Assembly (NCBI GenBank): GCA_051362555.1
Contig: CM120645.1
Span: 22,258,001-22,322,000, forward strand
Direction of reading: 5' to 3'
Source: Lingula anatina
Taxonomy: Eukaryota > Animalia > Brachiopoda
DNA length: 64,000 nt
Made by a program: the position numbers and the translations under genes. Positions 1 to 12,368 of the stretch are shown here, piece after piece. How positions within the stretch are numbered: position 1 is the stretch's first letter; each line of letters opens with the position of its first letter. Below the pieces are notes generated by a model. That model made no database searches. It was not told the origin of the DNA and worked only from the letters and a program-made list of their open reading frames with translations.

Positions 1-10
1 TTTAACTTAC

Positions 11-1163
11 CATGTCGTTGAACTGGTTGGAGCCCACACTGTAAGTGTGAAGACCCATGTCGTACTCTCGGTTGTGTTTGGCAATCCACTCTAGTCTGTC
101 CTCCCAGATTGCTCGTCTGGAAATGATAAAAAGCAACCAGATAAACCAGACATCTTGAAATATGAAAATAATCAGAGAAAACGTGGGGGCTGCTTGAAAC
201 TTGGCTGCTCAGTATTGCTTGTCTCTTAACTTCATAATAAACAGACGTATAGAAGAAGGCTTTTTTTAACTTGTAAAGATATAGAGTGCACCTAGACTTG
301 ATCGGCATAGTATGATCATTAATAACCTCTAATGTATCCATAGGATAAAGTCATTCCCCTCTATGAAAGGTTAATTCTGTTTATGTAACTGTCTCAGACA
401 ATCAGCTCTACAAAATGTTGAGTCTTTAGTTTATGTTCAAAGGACACTTGCACCGATACTATATCGACACTATCTCAATCATGAATGTAGTGATAAAATT
501 TGACAAGCAGTGACATCAGTGTTCGATAATTATCGCATGATTCCTGTGTTCGCGAAAGCACCTGTTGTTATCCTACATATCAGAACCTCTGATACAATAG
601 TGACAATGCAGATATCAGTGTAACAATGTGTTCAGAAACGGTATCATTCTGAATCGCCGGCTAACATCACTTGATTACAATCACTGATAACAACACAGAA
701 ATCTATGTATAGGAAATAGATTAGCTTCGAAAATTTTTGAGTTGATAACAATGTTGAATTCGTTGATCACGTACTTGATCAGCAGTTTATTGAAATACTG
801 AGCAACATCTAAATAAGTTCTTCTTTAATCTACCAATTTTTATTTGCGTTTTGTTCCATCATGTTAGACCATCCGACCTCACTGCCTTTAAAACGGAACC
901 TAGTTTTTGAACTGATTCCCTAGTTTTTGGATTTACGTTAAAAGTTTTTCAGACCGAAAATTGATTTTCCTTCATACAAGTGTTTTGCGGTGTACATTGA
1001 AGGAAATACAAGTTACCTACCTGTACAATTCCTCGTCATATGACCTGTATGATTTCCCGTGGAAGTTCTTCCATGTCTCCCACTCAGAGTCCAGGGTCTT
1101 GTCAAAGGTATAGAGCTGAGAGAGGGCCACGCCCACACAGGCAAATAGTACCAACAGACGCAT
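11..1163 (-). CDS. CTSL: Cathepsin L-like cysteine protease, copy 1 (partial: signal peptide and I29 propeptide; continues beyond the left edge)
   Basis: Exon 1163-1021 encodes MRLLVLFACVGVALSQLYTFDKTLDSEWETWKNFHGKSYRSYDEELYR and exon 116-11 encodes RAIWEDRLEWIAKHNREYDMGLHTYSVGSNQFNDM. Boundaries are GT-AG and the phases are compatible (2 then 0). ERFNIN-like and GxNxFxD propeptide motifs of the cathepsin L group are present. Confidence 0.92.
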
Positions 1164-1695
1164 CTGGAAGACATGCCGTTTTTAAGTGTCATTATTAAAG
1201 GTTTTCAGTTTGAAAACAAAAATCAACGAACCCCCCATTTTGGATAACACATCGATACACGATCGAGTCCACTAAAAACGTGACAGCCTAATTAAAAACA
1301 GCAAAATTAATGTATAAATGATAGAATAAATAGTTAAATAAATTGATGAAATAAATAAGCAACAACGTTCAACGTTCTATATGCTTATCTATATTACATG
1401 TAGCGACAACCTTTTCATGATTTAATGATATATAGTAAATAGAAAATGAAAACAAGGATGATTACTATAAACATATCTGACACAAATAAATTACGCACAA
1501 GCAATAGTTAAAATGACATTTGAATTGACGAGCGACCACTGTAAATTAAAATAATTTCTAAGCTGAAATTTATTTTTAAAAATTAGAAATTACTGAAGAA
1601 TTACTGATGCAATAGACAATGTTTTCACACTCAATGCCACATCGATTCAAGTTTGTAACGTCTTGGTCACATACGGGTATCCCCAGTTCTCTTAC

Positions 1696-1761
1696 CTTTC
1701 AAACTATCGTCTGGCAAAAACGCGGAGAGTGACGCGATGTGCTCTCCCCGCTGTATTTATA
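1696..1761 (-). promoter_or_regulatory. Core promoter and short non-coding first exon of cathepsin copy 1
   Basis: On the minus strand there is TATAAATA at 1761-1754, an Inr-like TCACT about 30 nt downstream (1732-1728), and a donor AAG|GTAAG at 1696/1695. The ATG is directly preceded by an acceptor (CTTCCAG|ATG), which implies an upstream non-coding exon. Confidence 0.7.
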
Positions 1762-3216
1762 CCCATGGTCACAAACTGATAAGAATACATTGATGTCATA
1801 ACATTTGGTACCCGATCCAAGTTTGGAAACTTTTTCAGCAGCTGAAACAATGGTCACATGCAGTCCGTTTCACCGAGCCGTTTCGTGACTTGACTGGAAT
1901 GGTTGATACGCCCACAGTGACGTGTCCATAGCTGATAATGGTAAACTTGGCCATTCTGCAGACTCTATTTTGATCTAGGGTTTTGGGATTTAAAACAAGT
2001 TTCTAATTTCATTTTTATCGATCCTGTTTTTCGGTATTCAATATACGTAAACGTTTACCGTCATTAGTAGAATTGTTATTTGTAATGCACCCAGGTTTTT
2101 TAAAAGTCTTTTTTTTCTAATTGTTAATTCTTTTTAAACTATGACGACATACGGTAGGTGCATATGAATGTTCGACACGAGCAATCATGCCAGTCTCTCA
2201 CGTGCCCTTCACAAAATTTATAAAGTGCACATTTTAGCTTAAATTCATTTTGCCAGCGACATCATTTTCATGATAACTTGTAGGCCCTAGTTGATACTAA
2301 ATTTGGCAAGCATGGGAATTTCTGGATATTTCCGGCCGTATCAGAAAAAAATTGCTATTAAAATGGGATGTTTCAGTATTTCTGTACAATAGCACCGGTA
2401 TGTTACTGCGCCATCAAGACTGTAAACGACAATTGTCTGTGTTTGTATGAGCCTAGAGATGTAGGGCCTACATGTCCGATAGGTTATGGGCAACACTGGT
2501 GTCACGTCAAACATTCTCGCCGTGTTTATAGGCAATAATTGTGTTGAAGATTAATAAATAGATATAAAAATAAATTGCTGAGTTCCTATAATACAATGTC
2601 ACATTTTTCTAGCACACTCAACAAAACAGTAATACTACAAAGTAATTTACAAATTATGGCAATAATAATAAAACAAATGTTATGAAAATAAATAACGTTT
2701 TTTTTATGTGTGTGTGTGGGCGAGCCCTGCAGAAAGGCCTCCATCGGAGCTGTCATATTGGAAAAAGAATGCGAAATGTGTTTTAAAATTCATCTTTAAC
2801 GAAGCCCGCCACTCCCCTCCCGCCATACTGCCAAAATAGAAAAAAAGAAAGAAAAGAAAGAGAGAAAGCAGTCTCAAGCTAAGAAAGAGAAAACGGCAAT
2901 TATTCATCCCTTGTCATTGTCTGCCATCAAAATTTATACCCCCCCCCCCCCACACACACACACATCCACCCGCCGTCCTTCACAGCAAAAGCAATCGGTC
3001 AGTGCTGTGTCCCAGGTGTTCTATATTCTTTTAACATTAAAATATTTATAAGCCAGTGAGGCGAGAGTAGATGACACTGTTTCTATAGTTTAAGGGAGAA
3101 CGCAAACAGGAATCGATAAGACGACCTCTGCACGTGAATCTCATTACTGGTACAACTGAGCGTCTCAGGTCGTCTGGATACAAGGTCATAAACACACACT
3201 GGCCGCAGGCTCCATT

Positions 3217-4466
3217 ATGGCCCCCATCCTAGGGTACTGGAATATCCGAGGGGTAAGTTTTGTACGCGTTTATAACAATATTCTCATAATGGGGATCCCT
3301 TATATACTTAACTTGTACTGGCGTTTGTACAGTATAATGTGAGAAGGGCACATTTGTCAGCTGTCGGGAATACATTTGTCTGGGTCGACTATGAATCCGA
3401 GAAGCCCTTCCCATACTGTTATGTAGTAATATGTAGTTAAAGCATTAGATATTCTAATGAAATTGTTAACAGCCACTTAAGATTTACAGGGGCGGATCCA
3501 GGATTATTTGAAAGGGAAGGGGGGGGGGGGGGGGTTCAGAACGCCAAGCCTCGGATGTGAAGCCGACCATCGTCCCCATCCATTTTTGGATGTTTTGGAG
3601 GGCACCGTTTGCCTTAGGAACGGTTTAAAACTACGATTCAGCTAGTCGAAATTCTAATTTCAAGAGGGGAATATTGGTGTGATATATTTTTCAGAAACCG
3701 AAGGGGGGGGGGGTCAGGACCCCCCGGGCCTCCTCTAAATCCACCACTGCATTTAAACAGACTTGTTCTTATCGCCCACAGTGTTAATAGCACAACGATC
3801 GCTACCTATGATTCGTGTATTAAAATGAGTTTTTATATGCTTTACCTACATGTAGGTTACCCTGTAGCCTTTATGTAACCTACTGGTCAGTACCTTACTA
3901 TCCGCATTGTGTAAACAAATTCATTGCTTAAAAATACACGCTAATATAGGTAACCGATCACGCGTTCATGCATAGTCCTCCATTAATAGCGGGGAAAGTG
4001 TCTCTCTCTCTATATATAACAATGCTGAATGCAGGTTGCAGTATTTAGCGATAACCTTGAGACGTTTAATCTGTCTTTTCTGAATAAGTATATGGGGCAA
4101 AACAACATAATTTATGAGCGTCGTGTTTAGAAGTACAAGAGTTATGTTAGAGGGAGGGAGGGAGAAAGAGAGAGGGGGGTAGGGGATGAGGGGGGGGGGG
4201 GGGTGAAGTTGTTGGCAACCTGAAGCTACTACTACTACATGTTGTGTGATATTAACAGACTAATTCTAACACGTGGTTCACAACATACATGTATATCTAG
4301 GCCTATAAAGAACAAAACTTATTTTTGGGGGGGTTAAGGTTGTTTAACCCTAAAAGTAAGTAAAATACTTGATTCTATATTCTGTAGCTTTGTCAGCCTA
4401 TCAGACTACTGCTGAACTATGTTGGACAGGAATATGAAGAGAAGGTATATGCTCTTGGACCAGGTA

Positions 4467-4500
<34 letters not shown>

Positions 4501-6759
4501 CGTGATATATACACGATGTCTATGTTATCACCAATCTCTTTCACAAAGTTATAATATCAAATGAGCGTATAAAATATACTTGTGTGATTTGATAAAGAGT
4601 GCAAAATATGTATAATATTTAAAAACAAATGGAGTATGTAGCCCACCTCTTTCTCTCTGAATTTACCCACTTAGGAAATATTATTTTTTAAAAATATAAT
4701 AAGCCCACGTTTTGCTTTCGTTTTCTCCACCAAACAGATACTATATTTCAGCTCCTGATTTCAAGGATGACTCCTGGATGAGTGAAAAGTTCAACCTCGG
4801 GCTGCCGCTCCCAAATGTAAGGAATACAATATAAGTTTAACAGTTTAAGCAATTAAAGAGCAATACAAAAACGACACATTTCCAGTAGACTCTACAATGC
4901 CGTTATTTTGCAAAAGTTATATGACAAGTATGACAGTTAAAATGATTTTAAAATATGTATCTTCAAATAAAACTGCAGTTCACTTCGAAAATGTCTTCGT
5001 TTTCCAAAATTAAAAAAAATATGTCTTATCTTTCCAGCTTCCTTACTGGATAGATGGCGACACTAAATTAGTCCAAAGCCACGCCATCTTAAAATATCAC
5101 GCAAGAAAACATAATTTGTGTAAGGTTCCAGCAGCCACTAGTCACAGTCACAGCCACTAGCCACAGCCACTAAAATAAACGAGAAATCTTATGGAATACT
5201 TTATTAATGTTTAGTTAAAATTAAAATTTCCTATTAGTTTTAAGGGCTAGAGACCCTCTGGGATCGCATTGCAAGCCCTGGTTCATGCCCTTTGAATTTA
5301 TATCTGATTTTTACCATTTTCTGATGCCAAGTAAAACGACAGAGAACTTTTGATTTTGCCTATTTGTGAACATGCAAGCCTACATAATGGCATTATCTAC
5401 ATCGTATTAAGTCAAACAGTTCTTATTTATCTTACATATATTCAAACTGTTGTTTTCTGGCAATATATCTCAAGGTCCCAAGTCGGAGGCAGAGGTGGTA
5501 CGTTGTGATATGCTGGAACACCACCTGACTGACGTCATAGAGCAGCACGTGTATTTATGCTACAGCAGCTTCGTTCAGTGGGGAGATTACGTGAGTAAAT
5601 AGGCTTACCTGTAGCTGTGACATAACCCCTTCGTCTGTCTGTGCATGAATACATGTTAATGTCTGTCTAAATTATATTTGAACCAGCTACGTAATGTACA
5701 TGTGGTATAAAAGAACAATTGAATATTTTTACTTTTTTTGTAATGGCAGGAGACTAAGAAGGCAGAGTTTCTGACTGCATTGCCGGACAAGATGAAGCAT
5801 TTCTCGGAGTTTCTTGGTGATCGTCCGTGGTGTGCTGGCGAAAACGTGAGCATCAAGCAGACAGTAGGGGATGGTATTGTGGGGGGGGGGGGACATTTAT
5901 CCCGTTACCCTGGGGTCCCCGAGAGACCCTGGGGCGCCCATTGGCAAAACATAGGTTTACACGTACTGCATAAATGCATTATAGTTTTCTTCATGTTTAT
6001 ATATACATTTATCCGTTTAAATACTTCAGAGCAGATATCTTGGGATATCAAATAGAACGTTTTATCCGTTTCTTCTAGCTCACTTTCGTGGACTTTCTGG
6101 CCTACGATATTCTGGACATCCATCGCCTGTTTTCACCCGGCTGCCTGGACACCTTCAAAAACCTGACGGATTACATGGAAAGATTCGAGGTGGGGCAGTC
6201 AAAAACAAAACTCTTCGCCTAAGCATTTCTTTCACCTGTCCGATAAACTTGTATGTAATGTTATACGCCCTTTTCAAGACCAACCGTCGTGTTGATACTA
6301 TATATAGTATATTCCATTATTGTAGTTATATCAAAGTGTGCTTTTTCTTGGGGTTCTTTTTACCAGAATGCTGAACTTCTTTGACAAGAAATGTGAAGCC
6401 ATGATTTCATTTTTCATTATTGGTAGACAGCGGTTTATGCATATATTAACATATAACTTAATGTTGATTCCGATATAACAAATAAGTCAGAAAGTGATCC
6501 TTTGCTTAACGTTGTCAACGTAAAGATTTATATTTATTATTTGGAATTAACTCATATTCATGTATACATTTCAATCACAAGTCTTTAAACAACGTACTGA
6601 ACCAGACTGTGCTAAACGTGTGTGATATTATTTCCGTGACAGTTTTCGTAAATTGTGTTCATTTTTCAGGCTCTCCCCGCCATTCAAAAGTTCATGCAGT
6701 CAGACAAGTTCATGATGAAGCCAGTCTACCAGGATATAGCAGACTGGAGCGGGAAATGA
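3217..6759 (+). CDS. GSTM: Glutathione S-transferase, mu class, paralogue 1 (223 aa)
   Basis: Eight GT-AG exons: 3217-3252, 4388-4463, 4752-4816, 5038-5119, 5475-5590, 5750-5845, 6079-6189, 6670-6759. Motifs include [12 protein letters not shown] (catalytic Tyr), the mu loop [22 protein letters not shown] and TFVD. The frame is open to TGA and AATAAA lies at about 6778. Confidence 0.95.
3487..3749. mobile_element. Non-autonomous DNA element (CAGGGGCGGATCCAG type) in GST1 intron 1
   Basis: Starts CAGGGGCGGATCCAGG and ends with the degenerate inverted end AAATCCACCACTG. It contains poly-G tracts, and ATTTA occurs at both flanks. Confidence 0.55.
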
Positions 6760-7838
6760 TTTTGGAGGTCGTCTGCGAATAAAACACAGATATTTTTGTT
6801 TGAAGTGAAAGGGGCAAGATTACGTGAAACATCCAGGTGTATAGATTTCGTGTGTCAAAGAGCAAAATCGATTAAGATCAACCGTAGTGTCTTTAGTTTA
6901 AAAATGAGTTCAAGGACTGTCCTACATGATATAAATTTGAATTTATCAAAGTATTTGACTTTACATGCAAAGGACTGTAGTCGGATGAGCATTAACCAAA
7001 GTATGCGGATTTATAAATCATGTGTAGGACTGCGGTACTTATACGATTCCAATTTATAAAAGTGCCCCATTTTATTAAAATAAAATAAAAGTAAAATAAA
7101 AAAGTAAAAAAACTGAAAGGGCGTAGAAAGTAAAGTGGTTCAACGGGAACATGTTTTCATCATTCACATGTCATTTAATTTCAGTGAAATGACTTAGGCC
7201 TAATCAATTTACTCCAAAATACCCAGCTGCACCGACGTCCGCAGCATTAAAATAGAAAAAAAGCTTACAAGCAGAAAGAAAAAAACAAAAAACGCTACAA
7301 TTTTCAAACAATGCATTACATGGAATGCAGTCTTAGTTTTTATGATAACACAATAATGCCACGAATAATAATGTCACTGACTTTTAAGTTAAAACAATCA
7401 GTTGTACTAAGCACATATAATATATTAATTGCCTCTGTAAAAGGGCAACAACTGGGTGTAGGTTTGAATTACATCACCCCTAAGTTGTGAATTTCTCAAT
7501 GAATTTGAATACAGATATTCAGCAAGAGTCCAAGCGGTTTTAGACCGATCTGCGTAGAACGACATCTTCATTGGGAATGAGCCCTTAGAGTAACGCACGA
7601 GTTGAAAATGTCAGAAAGCTCTTGCGTTCATTAATAGCTGTCTTAAAAGTCTACACTGAAATCTGGTGCGAGATAATATTTGTATAGTCTACTTAAGGTG
7701 ATCGTCAGCGTCCAAAGTCTTCGTAGGCTGACGTTTATGCAGGCGGGAGCTTATAGGGGCCGTGCCTACCGTGTCTTTGAGGGGCAAAATGTGGGTCATA
7801 CTTGATATGAACGCGCTGTAGACAGGCAACAGACCGAC

Positions 7839-9209
7839 ATGGCACCCGTGTTAGGATACTGGGATATTAGAGGGGTAAGGCAGCCATTAACTGTTTGTTT
7901 AAGAAAACCTCCAAAGGTAAATGATGTCTCGATATTTGCAAGGCGAGAAAGTAATGATACAAATTAATGTATTTATTTTGCATGTATATTTAGGTACACT
8001 GTAGATAAACCAGGGATCACTTGGTTACTTCGTAGGTCATTGCTCTGCCATTTAAAATACTGTAAAGATGGCCTGCTTTGACGCAGGTTAAATCAGTGTG
8101 TCATTCAAATAAATGTCGCGGTTGAATTATTCAAAGAAAAAAGTAACAATGTTTTAGGACGATAGTTACTTTATTTTGGCGGACTGCTAGTACAGTTTCA
8201 GATATTTTATTGATACACACCTTCACACACAAGGTACAATCAACGACAGCACAACTAACTGTAACAAAATAACACACTACTATTAAACCAGTATTGAGGT
8301 CGACCACACTTTTCGGCAAACAGTGGTTCACTTGTTGAGCTAGCGCTATAGCTTGACATTTTGCAAATTCAGCGAGGACTCACTTGGCCTTCACTTGGCC
8401 GTAAAGACCACGTTGACATTGTCAGATAAGCAAAGCTGGTGTACTTGGTGTCCTAGAGAAAGAGCTCCCTGCGCTTATCGTCATCAAATATTGACAAACC
8501 TGATCTGAATTGTCAACTTTGAGAGCGAATTCACTACAAGATGATCAGCGGACTAACAGATCCGAGGATCAAATATGACCGAGTCAATACCGACTAATTC
8601 CAGGTACCTAGCAATTAAACCTTGGCCGTTGGGGGGGGGGGGGGGGGGGGGGGATTAGGCGGCTTGTTTTGGAGTGGGGTCAGCCATATTTAGTCTGCGG
8701 ATCTGTAAGTCCGTGGATCTTTTTCTGAATGAGGTCAGAGATATTAAGATAAATACTGGGTCTAAGTTTAAAACAGTACAGTGTGTATAAAATAACATAA
8801 ACCAAGCCTGCAATGAATTTTCACAGCCTATTTTCCAAAGAAAAAAACTTTTACGTGTAAGCAAGTCCTCTTTTCAGAGGTCTCTCTTAATTATTTCTTT
8901 TGGAAATAATTAACGGAAGGACAATGACGGTTTCTGTGCAATTTCTGTGCAAGGTTTCCTCGTGTATTTGCTGTAACATGTTTTTCTCTTTTGTTGGTGC
9001 TTGCATTGTCTTCTGGACACGTTCTAAGCGCCTTTGGGGACCATTTCATCGGTTGACCTTTTGAGATGACCCCTTCAAGTCAGAATGTTATGTTTTTTTT
9101 TATCTTTTAGCTTTGCCAACCCATCAGGTTGCTGTTGAATTATGTAGGGCAGGAGTATGAAGAGAAATACTATGTACTTGGTCCAGGTATCAAACACATG
9201 TGATCTCTG

Positions 9210-9274
<65 letters not shown>

Positions 9275-10683
9275 TTAAGCGATTTCTTATGACGGAAAGC
9301 TGCACGCGCTTGTTTTAATGATAGAATATAATGTGTTTTCTGAAAAGAGAAGCTTCCAGTACCTTTACCCGCCAGGATGCCATTATACCCTGTAAAATTT
9401 CAAGAGCGACAAGTTACAATTCCATACAATTATTTCAGCTCCTGACTACAACAGTGAGGACTGGATGGGGGTCAAATTCAACTTGGGGTTGTCATTTCCA
9501 AACGTACGTAATTGCGTTAGCTGTGACGGAGAAAAAAAGAAAATATGAAAACTATTTTGTGATAGAAAGAACTTTTCCTTTTCCTGTTACAATGTAAGTT
9601 TGCCCGATCAGTCGCTATGTTATGTACGATTAACGGCTGAAATAGCGTTTGAACTTCTTTAGCATTGTCTCTTTCTATGTATATACTCCATATATACAAA
9701 AATAGCATCATGGAATTTTTGTTGTTTTATCATTATCGCTTTAAACATAAAATGACACAATTAGTAAGTAAATGTTTGCTTCTCTTTCAGATCCCCTACT
9801 GGATAGATGGCGACACTAAGCTGGTGCAAAGCCATGCTATCCTTAAATATCTGGCCAGGAAGCATAACCTCTGTACGTCACTTTATATATCCTATATCTG
9901 TAACCGCTATGTTAAGTATATTAAGGACATTTCCACTGCAACTTAAATCAGGAAGCATCAAACTAACAAACTTAGTTTAATGGGCCTTAGCCGCAAGACT
10001 GGACTCATTTAGGTAAATAATTTTCAACATCTAGCTGTCACCCAATTAAAATAGCCGTTATTGTTATACAGTAAAACGTATCAAATATAGTCTTCAGAAG
10101 TAATATAGAATGGCATTTCAGGTCCAACGTCGGAGCCAGAAATGATAAGATGCGACATGCTGGAACACCAACTTCAGGATTTTATCATGGAACATATCTT
10201 TGTTTGCTACAGTAGCTTTATTAAAACGGGCGATTATGTAAGTATTTCCAAGCTTGCCCTTTCATGTTTTGTTAATATTTTTGAGTAGAGCAATACGTTT
10301 AAACACTCAAACGGCCACTTAAATGCCTAATGTTTGAACTGTCAAAATCAAAGCAACTTTTCACCGAATCTACTTTCAAGTTGATGTCGATACTTTGTCT
10401 GAAGATCACACAAAAAGTTTTTAGTGTTTGACGATGTTTTAATTTACACCCAACTGAATGATGATACAAAACGGTAACACGCAGTGTTTTGTCCTAGGAA
10501 ACAAAAAAAGTGGAATATTTAGAGAAACTCCCGGACAAGCTGAAGCAGTACTCGGAGTTCTTGGCAGACCGCCCATGGTTTGCAGGCGACAAGGTGAGGG
10601 TGTGCTGTGTGTGGGAGGCGGGACGGGGGAGGCAGCTATAATTTCTGCTGATTGTGATTGGTTAATATTTAGACCTATCATAT

Positions 10684-10718
<35 letters not shown>

Positions 10719-10822
10719 TTGTTATGCCTTTATTTAGGTTGTTTGTTTTGTCCATGTAGATGGCGGGAGGGAGAATGGATCATGCATGGACACGTACTTT
10801 AGCCTTCTGGTACAGTTCCCTT

Positions 10823-10863
<41 letters not shown>

Positions 10864-11581
10864 AATTTTATCGTACCGTGTACTTTACTGCACTAACAAT
10901 AAGCATTGCTTCCTTCAGATAACCTTCGTGGACTTTATGGCGTACGAGTTTTTTGACATACAGCGCGTGTTTGCCCCTGGCTGTCTGGACGCCTTCAAGA
11001 ACCTGACAGACTACATGGCAAGGTTTGAGGTGAGACCCTTTGAAACAGTAGAACAGTTTGCTTTATCTCTGAGACTTTTTTTTATAAAATACACTTGTAT
11101 GAACCTCTAATGGCGCATTGCCAATGAAACCATGGTCGATCCAACTCCGTAAGGACTCTCCCACTGAATGGAGCCAGATTAAATGAATGACAAGTCTCCT
11201 CGAGCAGCTCGAGCGGGTTCCTTTAGTTCCAGATGCCGAGCGCCAACGAAAGTTTTAACTTAAAAATATTAAAACAACCCCCTTGTCGCTCGAGGAGGTG
11301 TGTCATTCAGTTAACCTGAGAGTCCCCACGGAGTTGGGTCGATCTCGGTTGAGTAACATTTTCAATTGGAAACGTGCCCCGATGCATTCGATGTAAGTAT
11401 TCTTCAGCATAAAATCTCACGTCGTCATTTGAATAAGCATCCTTGTTTTTGATTTTTTGTTATCAATACATGTAAATTTTTTCTCTTTCAGGCCCTTCCT
11501 TCAATTCAGAAGTACATGCAATCTGACAAGTTTTTAAAGAAGCCGATTTACAATAAAATGGCGGACTGGCGCGGTGATTAA
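7839..11581 (+). CDS. GSTM: Glutathione S-transferase, mu class, paralogue 2 (223 aa)
   Basis: Exons 7839-7874, 9111-9186, 9439-9503, 9791-9872, 10122-10237, 10498-10593, 10919-11029, 11492-11581 have the same sizes and phases as paralogue 1. Translation runs [12 protein letters not shown]...[18 protein letters not shown] at 11729. Confidence 0.95.
9211..9272. repeat. (CT)n(CA)n compound microsatellite in GST2 intron 2
   Basis: Read directly; shorter versions sit at the equivalent site in GST3 and GST4. Confidence 0.9.
11111..11380. mobile_element. Palindromic MITE (Harbinger/Tourist-like) in GST2 intron 7
   Basis: The left arm (GGCGCATTGCCAAT..GTCGATCCAACTCCG..GAATGACAAGTCTCCTCGAGC) mirrors the right arm (GCTCGAGGAGGTGTGTCATTC..CGGAGTTGGGTCGA..ATTGGAAACGTGCCC). 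It is preceded by TAA. Confidence 0.7.
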
Positions 11582-12368
11582 TCACAAAGTATCCGCCATC
11601 GACGTTAAACAGATTCCAAACAAGACGGCAGAACCTCGCTTTATGGGACTTATAGTTTAGCATGGCACCTGCGCTTCTGCATTTACAACACTGAATCATA
11701 AGCCGTGTTTTCGACATTGTTAGTTTTGAATAAAAAAAAGCACTGTAGGTAAAAGCCTCAGTTCAACAGGTCTCATCAAGTCCAAATTATGTCACAGGGC
11801 CAATTTCAGATCACGTTGGAGACAAACACACCTTACACCCTTACACCCCTCACCTTTACACCCTTAGGTTCAAATTTAAATTGTATTTTTTGTGATATGA
11901 AAGCCGTCTGCGTATTATGCATGAACGTTTAACAAACATAGAATTGTACATTTTACCTCATCAAGACTGACAAAATTCATAAAGCGTCAGAACTGCCTGT
12001 CCTGTTCGATAGAGCCAGCTCAGTGAAAATAAAGTTCTTAGATTAAACTACAGTTGAAGCCATTATTATACTGATGTCGACGCGATGTGTTTGCTTTATC
12101 CATTCTTACAATTGACATTTTGAAACAAACAAAGGTCTAAATTATGCGTACATTTTGTTACTTACTTTATTTTAAAATGAGCATTTTTTTTTTCAAATTT
12201 CTGGTCGTATGACCATTTCAAGGTATGGGCTGCAAAGGTAGTGTATTTAAGCTCAATGTATTTTACAAGTGCTTGAAGGTGTAAATGTTACAATCATTTG
12301 ATACATTATGTCTAGAGCAATCATATTTCACGTAATGTCCATCCGTACTGGGGGTTCGCACCCTTCAT

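Noticed and set aside
2330-2540. Possible tyrosine-recombinase-type non-autonomous repeat (similar impressions at 26880-27100 and 30700-30850)
   Set aside because: The resemblance is from memory only; no TIR, TSD or second copy can be shown in the window.
7400-7830. Antioxidant response element (RTGAYnnnGC) in GST promoters
   Set aside because: No convincing match was found by eye in the proximal promoter block.
10458-10802. Paralogous ORFs [10 protein letters not shown]... (also 21879-22142) and their antisense partners
   Set aside because: These are alternative-frame shadows of GST exon 6, conserved only because the exon and its flanks are duplicated.
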